The notes under the pieces: model-generated | What the model saw: the letters and a program-made list of their open reading frames with translations, nothing else | Told to the model about the DNA's origin: nothing | Databases searched by the model: none | Program-made: the position numbers and the translations under genes | Shown: in pieces, positions 53,897 to 64,000 of the stretch | Position numbering within the stretch: the stretch's first letter is position 1 | Layout: every line of letters begins with the position of its first letter | Assembly (NCBI GenBank): GCA_964016885.1 | Contig: OZ024761.1 | Span: 18,786,001 to 18,850,000 of the forward strand | Direction of reading: 5' to 3' | Source: Eledone cirrhosa | Lineage: Eukaryota | Length of the DNA: 64,000 nucleotides

Positions 53897-55245
53897 CCCT
53901 TTAGCATTCACAAACCGACATTTAATACCACACGGCGATCTCCTTCTAAAAATAGACATTGACATCATCGAGATTACTGCGAGATAAAGCCCTTACGCGC
54001 GAAAATTAACTATTAGTATAGTTAAAGAACTTGCGATAACATGTGTTTTTAACGTTGAAAGTGTAACATGGCTTCCGAAAGTAGCGACAACGAATTTGAA
54101 GGTTTTACATCTGACGACATTCGAGATTAAAAAGAAACAAGATAATATCAGTGATTTATCTTCAAACGAACCAGATATATTTATTTCTGATATATCTGAT
54201 AGTCAAATCTTCTCTTTCACTTTCAAAGTGACTGACACCATTGAAAAAACACCAATGTGGTTGAAAGAAACAACACCGATATATGTTTCGGATTTTACTG
54301 AAAATATTGGACCACAACACACATTACCACCCGATGCTAAAGCTCTGGATTATTTTTTTAAATTTTTACCAGAAACTTTCTTCGAAGTTGTGGCAAACGC
54401 TATGCACAACAAAAAAAACTCTAATATCGGAAAACCCAATCTGCCGAAATGAAAGCGTTTTTTACCATAAATATTATGTTTGGTATTAAACAATTTCCAT
54501 GACTGTGGAATTATTGGAGTACTGATATAAGGTTTGGTGACCCTTATATATCTAGTATTATGGCAAAAACGAGATTCATCAAATTAAACCAGTATTTGCA
54601 TCTGGTTGATACTTCAAATGCCCCTGGTAGAAATGAATCAAATTACAACCCACTGTACAAAGTACGACCATTAATTGAAATGTCAGAAAAATTTAAAAGT
54701 GTGTATAAGCTTATATATTGGGAACATTCTGTTACGTAAATTTACACCGTACATTTACAGAGTACATTGCCAATATTATTTTGACTGGTGAAAAGGTTTT
54801 ATACATTTTTTTCAATGAAAATATTTGCCTGGAATGTAGAGAAAGACTAAAACCTTGTACTGATTACACCTGCATTTTTAATTAATTCACCTGTTCGGAA
54901 AACTGCTAGAATTGATGGAAATCAGCATCTAGGTCATTATTGGATTTTTTTGCAACAGATCTTACAGATAAGGCAGATAAAGTTTAAATGTTTGTGTTTA
55001 TCCATAAAGTTATTACTTTTACACCTGCCCATAAAAGTCAAATTTAACAAAAAAAAATCAGGTAAAAATATATAATTGTAAATTATAGTTATTTAAACAT
55101 CTACTGACAACATTTCAAGTCTGCACATAGAAAATTAAAGTAATTACAAACAAATAAAATTGATAACCCTCTTGAGTATAATTAAGTGAAAATAATGCGA
55201 ATAGATGAACATGACATTTGACAATTCAATGTGAATAATAAAGGG
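53897..55245 (+). mobile_element. Defective piggyBac transposon
   Basis: TTAA on both sides; TIRs ccctttagcattcaca / tgtgaataataaaggg; broken transposase MASESSDNEFEGF..., ALDYFFKFLPETFFE, EMKAFF..., NYWSTD..., RFIKLNQYLHL, PLYKVRPLIE. Confidence 0.88.
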
Positions 55246-55474
55246 TTAATGTGATTCAGACACATTAAATATTAAAGCAACTTAGAATTGCTGAATGAGC
55301 TGTGCTTTCAGGCAGTTTGGTTTTAAAAAGATTAATCTTACAGCCTCATCTGTGCCTAGCTCACTCAAGGGGCCATTATGTAGGACTCAACTCTAAACCA
55401 TGTGGTTGCTAAACAGCAGCTATTTTTGTTTGTTGTTATTTGTGTTTTTTTTTGTCTTTTTCTCTTCTCCACAG

Positions 55475-58400
55475 ATGCCAACCAGCCATTGGAGGGTGTT
55501 GCAGAATTTGAACTGCGTGAACGTGCTTTGATTAATGGTTACAACGCTGAGATATCCAAATACAAGCTTCTAATTCGAGAACTTCGCCAACAGCTGGGCT
55601 TTCGTAACACCAGTCACCTCTCGCCTAGTAAATGTCTGCGTCCCGACTTTAACACAACCCTGGAACAGAACCAGCTGAAGCAGTATTTACTTCGACAGGT
55701 GAAGAAACTCCAAGGGGAACTAGACAAGAACTCCCAGTGTGTGTCCGAGGTACTTCACACCCTGGAAGTTAAGAAGGCCACAGAGGTGGATCTGGAACAG
55801 AGATTGGCCAAAGAAGCAAGGGACCATGAGCTTGCGAAGACTGTTGTGTCGGAGTTGAGAGAGAAGCTGAAGAAATTGAAAGAAAGGTGCCGTTCTTCAT
55901 CTTTCGAGGCAGAAAAAACTTATCTGACAATCGACAGCGAGTTGTCTAACAATGATAATCGCCTCTCTCTTTGTATGCTGGACAAAAATGAGGAATCTGC
56001 ATTGGGTGTCGGAGAATCCATTGAAAATCAGTCTGGTCCTAGTGATGTCGGCAAGAAGCAAGGTGGTAAGGAGACGGAGGGGTTAAAAACAGCAAAGAAG
56101 AAGAGGAAGCTTATGGAGCAAGAGAAACCTCTTACAAGTATTGAGAACCAAACGACTCCAAAGCTTCTGTCAGTGTTTGATAATGAGAACTTGATGGATA
56201 AGATAATAAATAAGAACAAGGAGTTGTCTAAATTGCAGGAGAAACTGCTTTCGTATTCAGAAGTAGATGCGAAACTCCAACAGAAAACGAAAGAAAACGA
56301 GGTACTTTCTGGCAAAGTTGAAAAGCATGGTCTTCTCGAACGTGATCTCCATAAGAAAATGAAACAACTGGAAGAGAAAGTAGAAAAGATAGCCGTGATG
56401 GAAGTTGAAATCGAGAGCCAAGTTGCGATCATTCATCACCTTCAAAGTGCAGTGGACGAGAAGTCTAAATTGTTGTCTGAGCTTCAGGCTCAGAATGCTG
56501 GGGGAGGAGGAGGAGAAAGTCCTGTCTTGAAACGGAAAATGGAAGAGATGCAAACTGTGATGGAAGGTCTGCGAGAAATGGTTGACGACAGCACCAAAGA
56601 ACTGGCGAAAAATAATGAAAAAATCTCTGATTTGGAAAGCAAAGAGACAATGGTGTCAGTTCTTCAGACTGAATTGGAAGCGTTGAAGTCTAACGAGAGT
56701 TGCCTGAAATCTGAAGCTAAGATTAAGACCGATTCTCTAGAAAAGAGACTTGATGAGTTGCAGGCCGAAAAAGACAAGGTTTGCAAAGAAAAAGACTATT
56801 TGGAAACGGAAGTAAGCAATCTTAAGGAACTTGTTGAGAAGAAGACGGAGGAAATGTCGCTGTTGAAATCACTGTTGAAGGCCAAAGAAATGGAGAGTGA
56901 GAAAGAAAACGAATTGGCATTCAACAACTTGAAGAATTTGTTAAGCAACACAGAGAGCGAACGGGACAACACTGTGATAGAATTGGCCGAAACCAAGGAG
57001 AAAATGGTAGTTAAAGACGAGGAAATTGATCAACTGATAAAAAAGATTGAGAATTACGAAGAAGAAATGGAGGACTTGCAAAATGAATCGAAAGCTGTCG
57101 AGGAAAAAAGTAGCATTGAAAACGAAGCTTTGAACGACGTTGTTAACGAGATGAATAGCGAGATAGCTAACATGAACGTACTGAAGGCAAAACTGAAGAA
57201 AGAAATAGCAAACATTGCTGAACATCTCAAATCTTTAAAGATTGAACTGGCTTCAGTTCAGCAACTGAGGAGCAATATGGACGACAACATAAAGACCAAC
57301 ATGGCAGAGCTGAAGTCTAAAGTCAACGAAATTGTCGATTTTACTGCTGTTGTTGCTCGCTGTGATCAGTCAACGGTGACTGACTTACAGTCAGAGATGG
57401 TGCCAGAACGGAAGAAGATTGAGCTTCTGAATTTGAAGATAATCAATGTTGAGAAAGAACTGCAAGACAATGTTGCGATTAGAGAAGGTTTTATGACTGA
57501 GATCTCACACATGGTGACAGTACTGAAGGATAAAGACCAACAGATTGAAGATTTAACCAAGAAAAATGACCAGCTTTCTCAGAGGAAATCTTCAGACCCA
57601 GAGGAAGAGACAAAGAAAAAGAAGGTAAGCCTTATTGGAAGTGAGGCAGAGTTTGCACAGTTGAGCAATAAGTTGTCACCTGAAAAACAGCCCCCTCTGG
57701 TGTCATCTGAGAAAGAGGACCAGCAGGAGTCAGTACCAAGGAAGCCACTCCGACAGTCAGTACCCCCATCAAAACCTAAAAGGCAGTCGCTATGTAAGAA
57801 ACAAGATGGCTGCATGCAGATATCACCTGAGAAGCAGGATAGAGAGGGGCAGGCAGCTCCCGAGAGGCAAGATGGTGACACACAGACATCTCCTTTGAAG
57901 CAGGATAGAGACAGGAAGACAGTTCCCGAGAGACAGGATGGTGACACACAGACATCTCCTTTGAAGCAGGATAGAGACAGGAAGACAGCTCCCGAGAGAC
58001 AGGATGGTGACACACAGACATCTCCTTTGAAGCAGGATAGAGACAGGAAGACAGTTCCCGAGAGACAGGATGGTGACACACAGACATCTCCTTTGAAGCA
58101 GGATAGAGACAGGAAGACAGCTCCCGAGAGACAGGATGGTGACACACAGACATCTCCTTTGAAGCAGGATAGAGACAGGAAGACAGTTCCCGAGAGACAG
58201 GATGGTGACACACAGACATCTCCTGAGAAACAAGATGGAGAAGTTACGAAGATGGAAACAAGTTGTGAGAGTTTGGCAGACAAGCAACACGTGGACCTGA
58301 TGAAACAGGAACTGGAGTCGTTGCAGAAATACTATGATGAGCAGAAGTCGTTGAATGATGCCATCAAGCTGGAACTGGATGGGGTCAAATTGAAACTGTC

Positions 58401-58684
58401 CGAGGTGAAATCTTCGTATGAGGCGGAGAAAAAGGTCACACATCGATTGCGTTACAACCTGGAGGATGTGAGGAGTAGCTTGAATGAGGTCCTTCATTCG
58501 TACGAGCAGTTGAACCTATCCCGAAACTCTGTTCTTGGTCGTGACGATGACAACAACAACAACAACAACAACAACAGCAACAGCATTGTCCAAGCAAGCT
58601 CAGATGATCGGCCTGAGGTTGACGAGCAAACGGTAAAGTCGTTAATTAACAAACTTACTCTGTCACAACAGGACATCGTTAAAG
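55475..58684 (+). CDS. 3.2-kb coiled-coil exon of the long kinesin-6 (KIF20B/MPP1-like) isoform
   Basis: Long polypyrimidine acceptor ...ctccacag|AT (phase 1), open frame of ~1070 E/K/L-rich codons, donor AAAG|gtaaat. The phase matches the internal donor ACAG|gtacat at 49308/49309. Confidence 0.85.
57802..58240 (+). repeat. Coding 66-bp (22-aa) tandem repeat QDGDTQTSPLKQDRDRKT(V/A)PER, six TQT units
   Basis: Period 66 bp (gatggtgac at 57871, 57937, ...); V and A variants alternate. Confidence 0.95.
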
Positions 58685-60141
58685 GTAAATACTTCATCGT
58701 TGCGTGTTTTTTTCTTTTCCCCCCTACCCCACCCCTATTTCTACCTTGGTATCTCTCTGTAAATGTCCTATTGTTTCTACCCCAGAATAGGTATACTGCA
58801 TCCCTGTGTGTCATAAAGTGCGACAAAAAGGGTTGATGCCAGGAGAGGCTGCCAGCTGTAAAACACTGCCTAAAGAAAAAAAAGTGTTTATATTTATCTA
58901 AAAACTTTCCATCATAATTTTATGTATAGAAACCCTTGTTAAGTTATGTCCCAAGCATCAGCTTAATTATGAGAATTATTTGAAAATCAGGCAGTCTCTT
59001 TCATTATAAGTATGGTAAAGAAGTGGTTATGTTCTAAATACCAACTTAATAATGTGGAAGTTAGTTATATTAATAAATCCTTCCAAATTCTTGATTATTT
59101 AAGAAATTATCAGAAAACTATAGACAGCGTCTTTTATTAGAAATCTGGTAATTGTTTCTACTATTGGCACAAGGCCAGCAATTACCCAGTGCACTACTGG
59201 TACTTTATTTTATTGACCCCGTAAGGATGAAAGGCAAAGTTAACCTCGGCGGGATTTGAACTCAGAATGGCAAGGGCCGTAACTCTATGCGTCAAAGCAT
59301 GGCGCCCGACTCTCTACCGATACTGCCAATCCACCACCCTTAGAAATATTATAATCTTATTAGAAATATGATAATGAAAGGGTTAAAGCCCTTAAGCTTA
59401 GATGTAGAAGCTCCTGCATCTTGAGACACATGAGGCAGCCAAAGTGCTCCAATGACCATGGTCAGTTGCATCTATCAATACATTGTTCCAACTTTTGTTG
59501 GCAGGTTTCAGGATTCTGTGGGTCGTCTGTCACCAGTTCATCTTGGGACATCCTCTTTGCTCCTTTCCAGGTATGTGGGGGTACCAATACAGGACCTGGT
59601 AAGCATGTCTCTCATTCGGGAGTCGTGTGACATGTCTCAACCAGTTAAGTCAATGCTTGTACATGATGTTAGACACATGTTGGTGGGTTTGTTAACCCTT
59701 TAGCATTTAAATCGGCCGTATCTGGCCAGTGTCCTCTCACCTCTTTCTGTTCAAACCGACTGTAACAAGCTGCTCATACTGATGTTAAGGTATTGTTCTC
59801 AAAATAAATAATATCAAAATCTCAGATTTGATATTATGTGAGGTAAAGCCTGTACCACAAAAACACAGTAGTATGTATGGAGTAATGTAAATGCTAAAGG
59901 GTTAAGAGACTTGTTGGTGATGAAGTCATCATCCCACTTGACGTCAAGAATTGTGTGCAGGTATTTGATATCAAAAGCATCTAATTGGTTCTCTTGGCTG
60001 GTCACCACACTCCACGTTTCACACCCGTACAGGAGCGTTGAAAGCCCTCACACCCCACCCCGGGTGTCATATTTTTTACTGTATTTCTACGTTTTATTGT
60101 ACTCATTTTAGTGTATATCCCCACCTTCTATTTCAATGTAG

Positions 60142-61790
60142 CCCTCCGAGAGCAGGGAGAAACTTGGAAGAAGAAGTACGAAGAGACATCAATGGAATTA
60201 GTGAAAGAACAACAGAAGCTTCTTGACAGTCAACAGTGTCGGTCGGAAAATTTCTATACCAACTACGAAAACAAGAAATTGAAGAAAGAGCTGGCATCGA
60301 TTGAAAAACAACTGAAAGAGCTCCAGTCCCAGCGCGAGATTCAGCAGATCACCATGGAGACGGAACAGATGACCAAGGATTTAATTGAGGAACGGAAGCG
60401 AAGCGAGGACCGTCACCTGCAGGAAGACCTGTCGAAGCTGCGACAGCAACTGCAACTGGCTAAGGAGAACAGCGAAAAGTACTCGCAGCTGAAAATCGAG
60501 GTGGAACGATTGAGAGAAGAAAACGTTGACCTGAAGAAACAGAAGTTAGATGTTGTGGGTGATGACGGCGATGACAAGAGTAGTAAGAAAGGTGATGATG
60601 ACAATGAAGGCGATGACGACAATGATAAAGGTGATAATGAATATAAAGGTGATGGCGACGATAAAGACGATGACGATGATAAAAATGATGATGACGATGA
60701 TAAAAATGATGATGACGATAAAGGCGATGATGATGATATTGATGATGGCAATGATTGTGAGGTTAATGAGGATAAACAAGACTGCATGTCTGGTGAGGAG
60801 GGCATGTGTTTAGACAGCAGGTTAAGGGTTGTTGTGGGGGTGAATTTGGGGGAGACGACAGATGCAGCAACAATAATAACAACAACAGCAAAAATCTCTG
60901 CTGCTACGCAGACAGACCCTGACATTGAGAAGGCGAAAACCTGTGACGCATGTGAACAGTTGAGGGCTGAGAATTCGAAAACCCTTGGCATGTCTGAACA
61001 GTTGAGGGCTGAGAATTCGAAAACCCTTGGCATGTGTGAACAGTTGAGGGCTGAGAAGACAGAAGCCCTTGGCATGTCTGAACAGTTGAGGGCTGAGAAG
61101 ACAGAAGCCCTTGGCATGTGTGAACAGTTGAGGGCTGAGAAGACAGAAGCCCTTGGCATGTCTGAACAGTTGAGGGCTGAGAAGACAGAAGCCCTTGGCA
61201 TGTCTGAACAGTTGAGGGCTGAGAAGACAGAAGCCCTTGGCATGTCTGAACAGTTGAGGGCTGAGAAGACAGAAGCCCTTGGCATGTGTGAACAGTTGAG
61301 GGCTGAGAAGACAGAAGCCCTTGGCACATGTGAACAGTTGAGGGCTGAGAAGACAGAAGCCCTTGGCATGTGTGAACAGTTGAGGGCTGAGAAGACAGAA
61401 GCCCTTGGCACATGTGAACAGTTGAGGGCTGAGAAGACAGAAGCCCTTGACACTGGCGAACAGTTGGGGGCCAATAAGACAGGGACCTGTGACACATGTG
61501 AACAGTTGAGGGCCGAGAAGCAACAGCTGACTGATAAACTGAAATTAAGTGAAAGAAAGGTCCTCGCTTTCGAAGAAGACACTGCTTCCAATTCCCCTGC
61601 CCTTCAAACGTCTTCATTATTGTCGAGCCGTGTAGGGAGCAGTCGACAGTTACGACGAGAGAAGATCCTGGCCGAAACTGCCAAAATGGAAGCTGAATTT
61701 GCCCTAAAGGTTGCAAATGAAAAGATTCTCTCATTGACCAAAGACGTAGAGACACTCCAAGAATCAAAATGCCAGGATCCTCCGCCAAAG
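60142..61790 (+). CDS. 1.65-kb coiled-coil exon of the long kinesin-6 isoform (Asp-rich tract, 14-aa repeats)
   Basis: Acceptor aatgtag|CC (phase 1, matching the previous exon), open frame, donor AAG|gtaaag (phase 0). Confidence 0.85.
60951..61520 (+). repeat. Coding 42-bp (14-aa) tandem repeat (C/S)EQLRAEKTEALG(M/T), 13 full copies plus a partial
   Basis: Period 42 bp from tgtgaacag at 60951 to 61497. Confidence 0.95.
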
Positions 61791-61829
61791 GTAAAGTTTT
61801 AACATTCTTCTTTTTACATTTAACTCTTT

Positions 61830-62350
61830 TTACTGGTTTCACTCTTTAGACCGTGGCCATGCTGGGGCATCAGCCACTTATTTTACTGGTTGCACTCATT
61901 AGACTGTGGTCGTGCTGGGGCACCAGCCACTTATTTTCCTGGTTTAGGTCATTAGACTGTGGCCAAGCTGGGGCATCAGTCACTTATTTTACTGGTTTAG
62001 ATCATTAGACTGGCCATGCTGGGGCACCAGCCACTTATTTTACTGGTTCCACTCATTAGACTGTGGCCATGCTAGAGCATCAGCCACTTATTTTCCTGGT
62101 TTAGATCATTATACTGTGGCCGTGCTGGGGCACCAGCCACTTATTTTACTGGTTTAGATCATTATACTGTGGCCATGCTGGTGCACTAGCCACTTATTTT
62201 ACTGGTTTAGATCATTATACTGTGGCTGTGCTGGGGCACCAGCCACTTATTTTACTGGTTCTGCTCATTAGATTGTGGCCATGCTGAGGCACCAGCCACT
62301 TATTTTCCTGGTTTAGGTCATTAGACTGCTGCCATGCTTGGGCACCAGCA
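61830..62350. repeat. ~59-bp intronic tandem repeat
   Basis: Unit ~actgtggccatgctggggcaccagccacttattttactggtttagatcattag, about 9 copies. Confidence 0.9.
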
Positions 62351-62435
62351 ATAGAGTATATTTTGTTAGAGATCCAGTCACGAGAAAGTGCTAAGTTTCT
62401 GCTGACATTTCAACATTAATTCTTTGCCACTTTAG

Positions 62436-62571
62436 GAAGTTTGTTCTGTGAGGAAGACATCCAGCAGCTGCCAAACTGACGAGATTACCATCGGCAAAGA
62501 TAAACCAAATGTCAAGAATTTGAAGGAGGAACTTGAAATGGAGAGGATCTGTCTTACAATTCTACAAGGAG
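62436..62571 (+). CDS. Exon of the long kinesin-6 isoform
   Basis: tttag|GAA phase 0; EVCSVRKTSSSCQTDEITIGKDKPNVKNLKEELEMERICLTILQG; G|gtaata phase 1. Confidence 0.8.
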
Positions 62572-62798
62572 GTAATATGTGATAATATTTCACAATTTCC
62601 AGACCAAACCCTATGAAACAGCCAATAGTTCTATGAGGGTTGGCTGAAAAGTTCATAAGCTGATCAAGATACTCTCATGGAATGACCAAATGAGGTTTAT
62701 TTTTCAACACAGTCCCTGTTGAAATTAATGCATGCAAGATTTCACAGCTCTAGCATCGCTTTTTCATATGCAGCCTATGAACTTTTCAACCCACCCTC

Positions 62799-62832
<34 letters not shown>

Positions 62833-63138
62833 ACAATATTTAAACATACAAAATTCATAGGCTGACCAAGATACTCTCATGAAATGATCAAATGAGGTTT
62901 ATTTTACAACATAGTCCCTGGAAAGAAACAATATAGTTATTAATAAGAAGAGTTGAAATTAATGCATATAAGATTTTACAGCTCTAGCATCACTTCTTCA
63001 TAGTCAGCCTAAGAACTTTTCAGTCGGCCCTCACATACACACACACACACGCACACATACACATACACACACACTCACACACATCGGTATATAGGTTGTT
63101 TTTCTCTATATTTTCACTCCCATTTTCTATATTTGCAG

Positions 63139-63264
63139 AGCTTAAGGATAAGTCTTCTTTGATTGAAACCCTAAAAATGTCACTGAAGGACCAGGACGAT
63201 GCCATTATAAAGTTGGAAAACCTGCTGGGTAGGAAAGACGATAGGATCCTCACCCTTGAAGAAG
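63139..63264 (+). CDS. Exon of the long kinesin-6 isoform (gene continues beyond right edge)
   Basis: tttgcag|AG phase 1; LKDKSSLIETLKMSLKDQDDAIIKLENLLGRKDDRILTLEE; G|gtatgt. Confidence 0.8.
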
Positions 63265-64000
63265 GTATGTAGTGAATGTGAGGTGTGCAGTGAATGTGTG
63301 GTATGTATGTAGTGAACAAGTGGTACGTATTTAGTGAACGTGGGGTATGTATTTAGTATGTAGTGAACGAGAGGTATGTAGTGAATCTGTAACAACATGA
63401 TAGGAGAGGGTGGGGGCTTTTGTTAAAACATCTGAGAAACGTCCTATGAGATACAACTTTGTAGGAGGCCAACTAAACCTACATAGCTGTGAGCTGTAAC
63501 TTGATATGACTGGGGCCCCTTATCAATAAAACATCTGAGAAACGTCCTATGAGATACAACTTTGTAGGAGGCCAACTAAACCTACATAGCTGTGAGCTGT
63601 AACTTGATATGACTGGGGCCCCTTATCAATAAAACATCTGAGAAACGTCCTATGAGATACAACTTTGTAGGAGGCCAACTAAACCTACATAGGTGTGAGC
63701 TGTCACAACAACAACATGATATGTCTGGAAGGGCCCTTATTGTTAAAACACGTGAAAAACTTCCTATAAGGTGCAATCTTATAGGAGGCTAGCTAAACCT
63801 ATATATAGGTGTGAGCTGAAATAACAACATGATAGGGCTGGGGTCTCCATAATTAAAACACCCCAGACACCTCCAATGAAATACAACCTTGCAGGAAGCC
63901 AGCTAAACCTACATGGGTGTGGGCCGTAAATCCCCCCACCCCCACCCCCACCCCCACCCCCACCCCCAACACCACTAAGAAATAAAATTAATTTTATATC

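Noticed and set aside
55402-58836. Stand-alone 1144-aa secreted protein with apparent signal peptide (LFLFVVICVFFCLFLFS)
   Set aside because: The hydrophobic N- and C-termini are translated intronic pyrimidine tracts; the real exon is 55475-58684 with phase-matched splice sites.
60413-61842. Long antisense ORFs (392, 233 and 312 aa), likewise 57579-58497
   Set aside because: Shadows of stop-poor coding tandem repeats on the sense strand.

Overview
AT-rich, intron-rich animal genomic DNA. The SINE, (TA)n and Penelope repeat landscape looks like an octopus or other coleoid cephalopod (inference). Three spliced genes were reconstructed by hand with GT-AG sites and consistent exon phases. (1) Argininosuccinate lyase (ASL, minus strand): first 10 coding exons, 9947 to 129, continuing off the left edge, including an extra 60-aa Pro-rich, NLS-like in-frame exon. 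(2) A complete 5-exon YdjC-family deacetylase (YDJC, minus strand, 27380 to 20405). (3) Divergent from YDJC, a kinesin-6 (KIF20A/B-like) gene on the plus strand from about 29 kb, running off the right edge, with a CCAAT/CHR cell-cycle-type promoter. The kinesin-6 gene appears to encode two proteins through a composite exon. Read-through with intronic polyadenylation gives a ~953-aa KIF20A-sized motor with a basic, D-box tail. Splicing at an internal phase-1 donor gives a >=2499-aa KIF20B-like motor with a TQT-SPxK array and a two-heptad tandem repeat. Other notable observations: a non-autonomous Helitron just downstream of the YDJC stop that carries a copy of the kinesin's intron/exon junction (antisense in a YDJC transcript), a 36-40-nt inverted copy of an ASL exon inside an upstream ASL intron, and hammerhead-ribozyme motifs in TA-embedded Penelope-type remnants. 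The rest is SINEs, LINE, Penelope, mariner and piggyBac remnants, and minisatellites. All coordinates were read by eye; no expression data or database searches were available.
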